From a virus: a DNA stretch of 34,218 nucleotides. Under the pieces are notes generated by a model that was not told the DNA's origin, searched no databases, and worked only from the letters and a program-made list of their open reading frames with translations. Both the position numbers and the translations under genes were made by a program. The stretch is taken from positions 1 to 34,218 of IMG/VR virus record IMGVR_UViG_3300006634_000003; one strand, written 5' to 3'. This document shows, one piece after another, positions 33,700 to 34,218 of this stretch; the stretch's first letter is position 1; every line of letters begins with the position of its first letter.

Positions 33700-34218
33700 T
33701 TACATCACCGCTACGTATTTTGCGTTGTCGTTGAGTTCGATTTCACCATTCATTACTAATTCTTTCAGGGCATCTTTTACGGATTCAGTGTCGTATCCAT
33801 TGCTGACTGCCTGTTTGACTGCTTCTTCACTGGAAATACCATCTTCTCCAGCGTACATTACGACTTTTACCATCAGGGAAGGTGTGGCAGTCTTGGTCTC
33901 CTGATCATCACCAATGTCGGCAACTTCTTCCTTGTCGTTGGATGCAATTTCTTCATCATCGGGCTGGTTATAATCGATTGCCTGATCAAAATCTTCCACA
34001 TCTTCGGGGTTGTACTTGAATTCAGGTATTGCCCAGATTCCCATTGCGGTCATGGTTGGTCCATAATCTCCTTTGCCCTTCTTGGCAGAGGCAAATACTA
34101 TGATTCTGGACATCTCACCAAAGTCAATTGGTGTGGATTCCGGTACAAAAACATTCTGTCCGTATTCGGTCTCATTGTCCAGTTTAATTGTACGGGAGCC
34201 ACCTGCATTAAGTTCCAT
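33700..34218 (-). CDS. C-terminal part of an RPA/SSB-like protein with acidic linker and terminal winged helix (5'-truncated by the window)
   Basis: OB-fold-like beta segment, acidic linker, then GISSEEAVKQAVSNGYDTESVKDALKELVMNGEI helix-turn-helix; next to a Sak4-like gene. Confidence 0.55.
   Translation of the reverse strand: MELNAGGSRTIKLDNETEYGQNVFVPESTPIDFGEMSRIIVFASAKKGKGDYGPTMTAMGIWAIPEFKYNPEDVEDFDQAIDYNQPDDEEIASNDKEEVADIGDDQETKTATPSLMVKVVMYAGEDGISSEEAVKQAVSNGYDTESVKDALKELVMNGEIELNDNAKYVAVM

Noticed and set aside
1-34218. tRNA genes, integrase/att sites, tail sheath, datZ/mazZ, nrdG, terminase
   Set aside because: None could be recognised by eye in this window. They may lie outside it, and tRNAscan or HMM searches would be needed to exclude them.

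Overview
This window is a 34.2 kb segment of a tailed dsDNA (Caudoviricetes) virus that almost certainly infects an archaeon, probably an anaerobe. It has two convergent arms. The + arm (1-18957) is virion morphogenesis: an HK97 gp10-like protein, an XkdF-type prohead protease/scaffold, an HK97-fold major capsid protein resembling magrovirus/halovirus capsids, four tandem LamG adhesin genes, neck, tail tube, a tail chaperone with a -1 slippery site, tape measure, Dit/hub, a DNRLRE-domain receptor-binding protein, and a papain-like peptidase plus holin-like pair. No sheath gene is present, so the morphology is siphovirus-like. The - arm (34218 to 19039) is replication and nucleotide metabolism: RPA-like SSB, Sak4-like ATPase, PolB, many small accessory ORFs (two YopX, one HAD phosphatase), Cas4-like nuclease, fused AEP primase, dNMP kinase, an adenylosuccinate-synthetase homolog, class III ribonucleotide reductase and an MCM-like helicase. 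The standout signal is that the adenylosuccinate-synthetase homolog has Ser in place of the catalytic Asp of PurA (QYGSEGKG) and other PurZ/PurZ0-type motifs. It lies in a translationally coupled kinase-purZ-nrdD block, which suggests 2-aminoadenine (Z) nucleotide synthesis in an archaeal virus with a B-family polymerase. All family assignments come from motif recognition by eye; no database searches were run.
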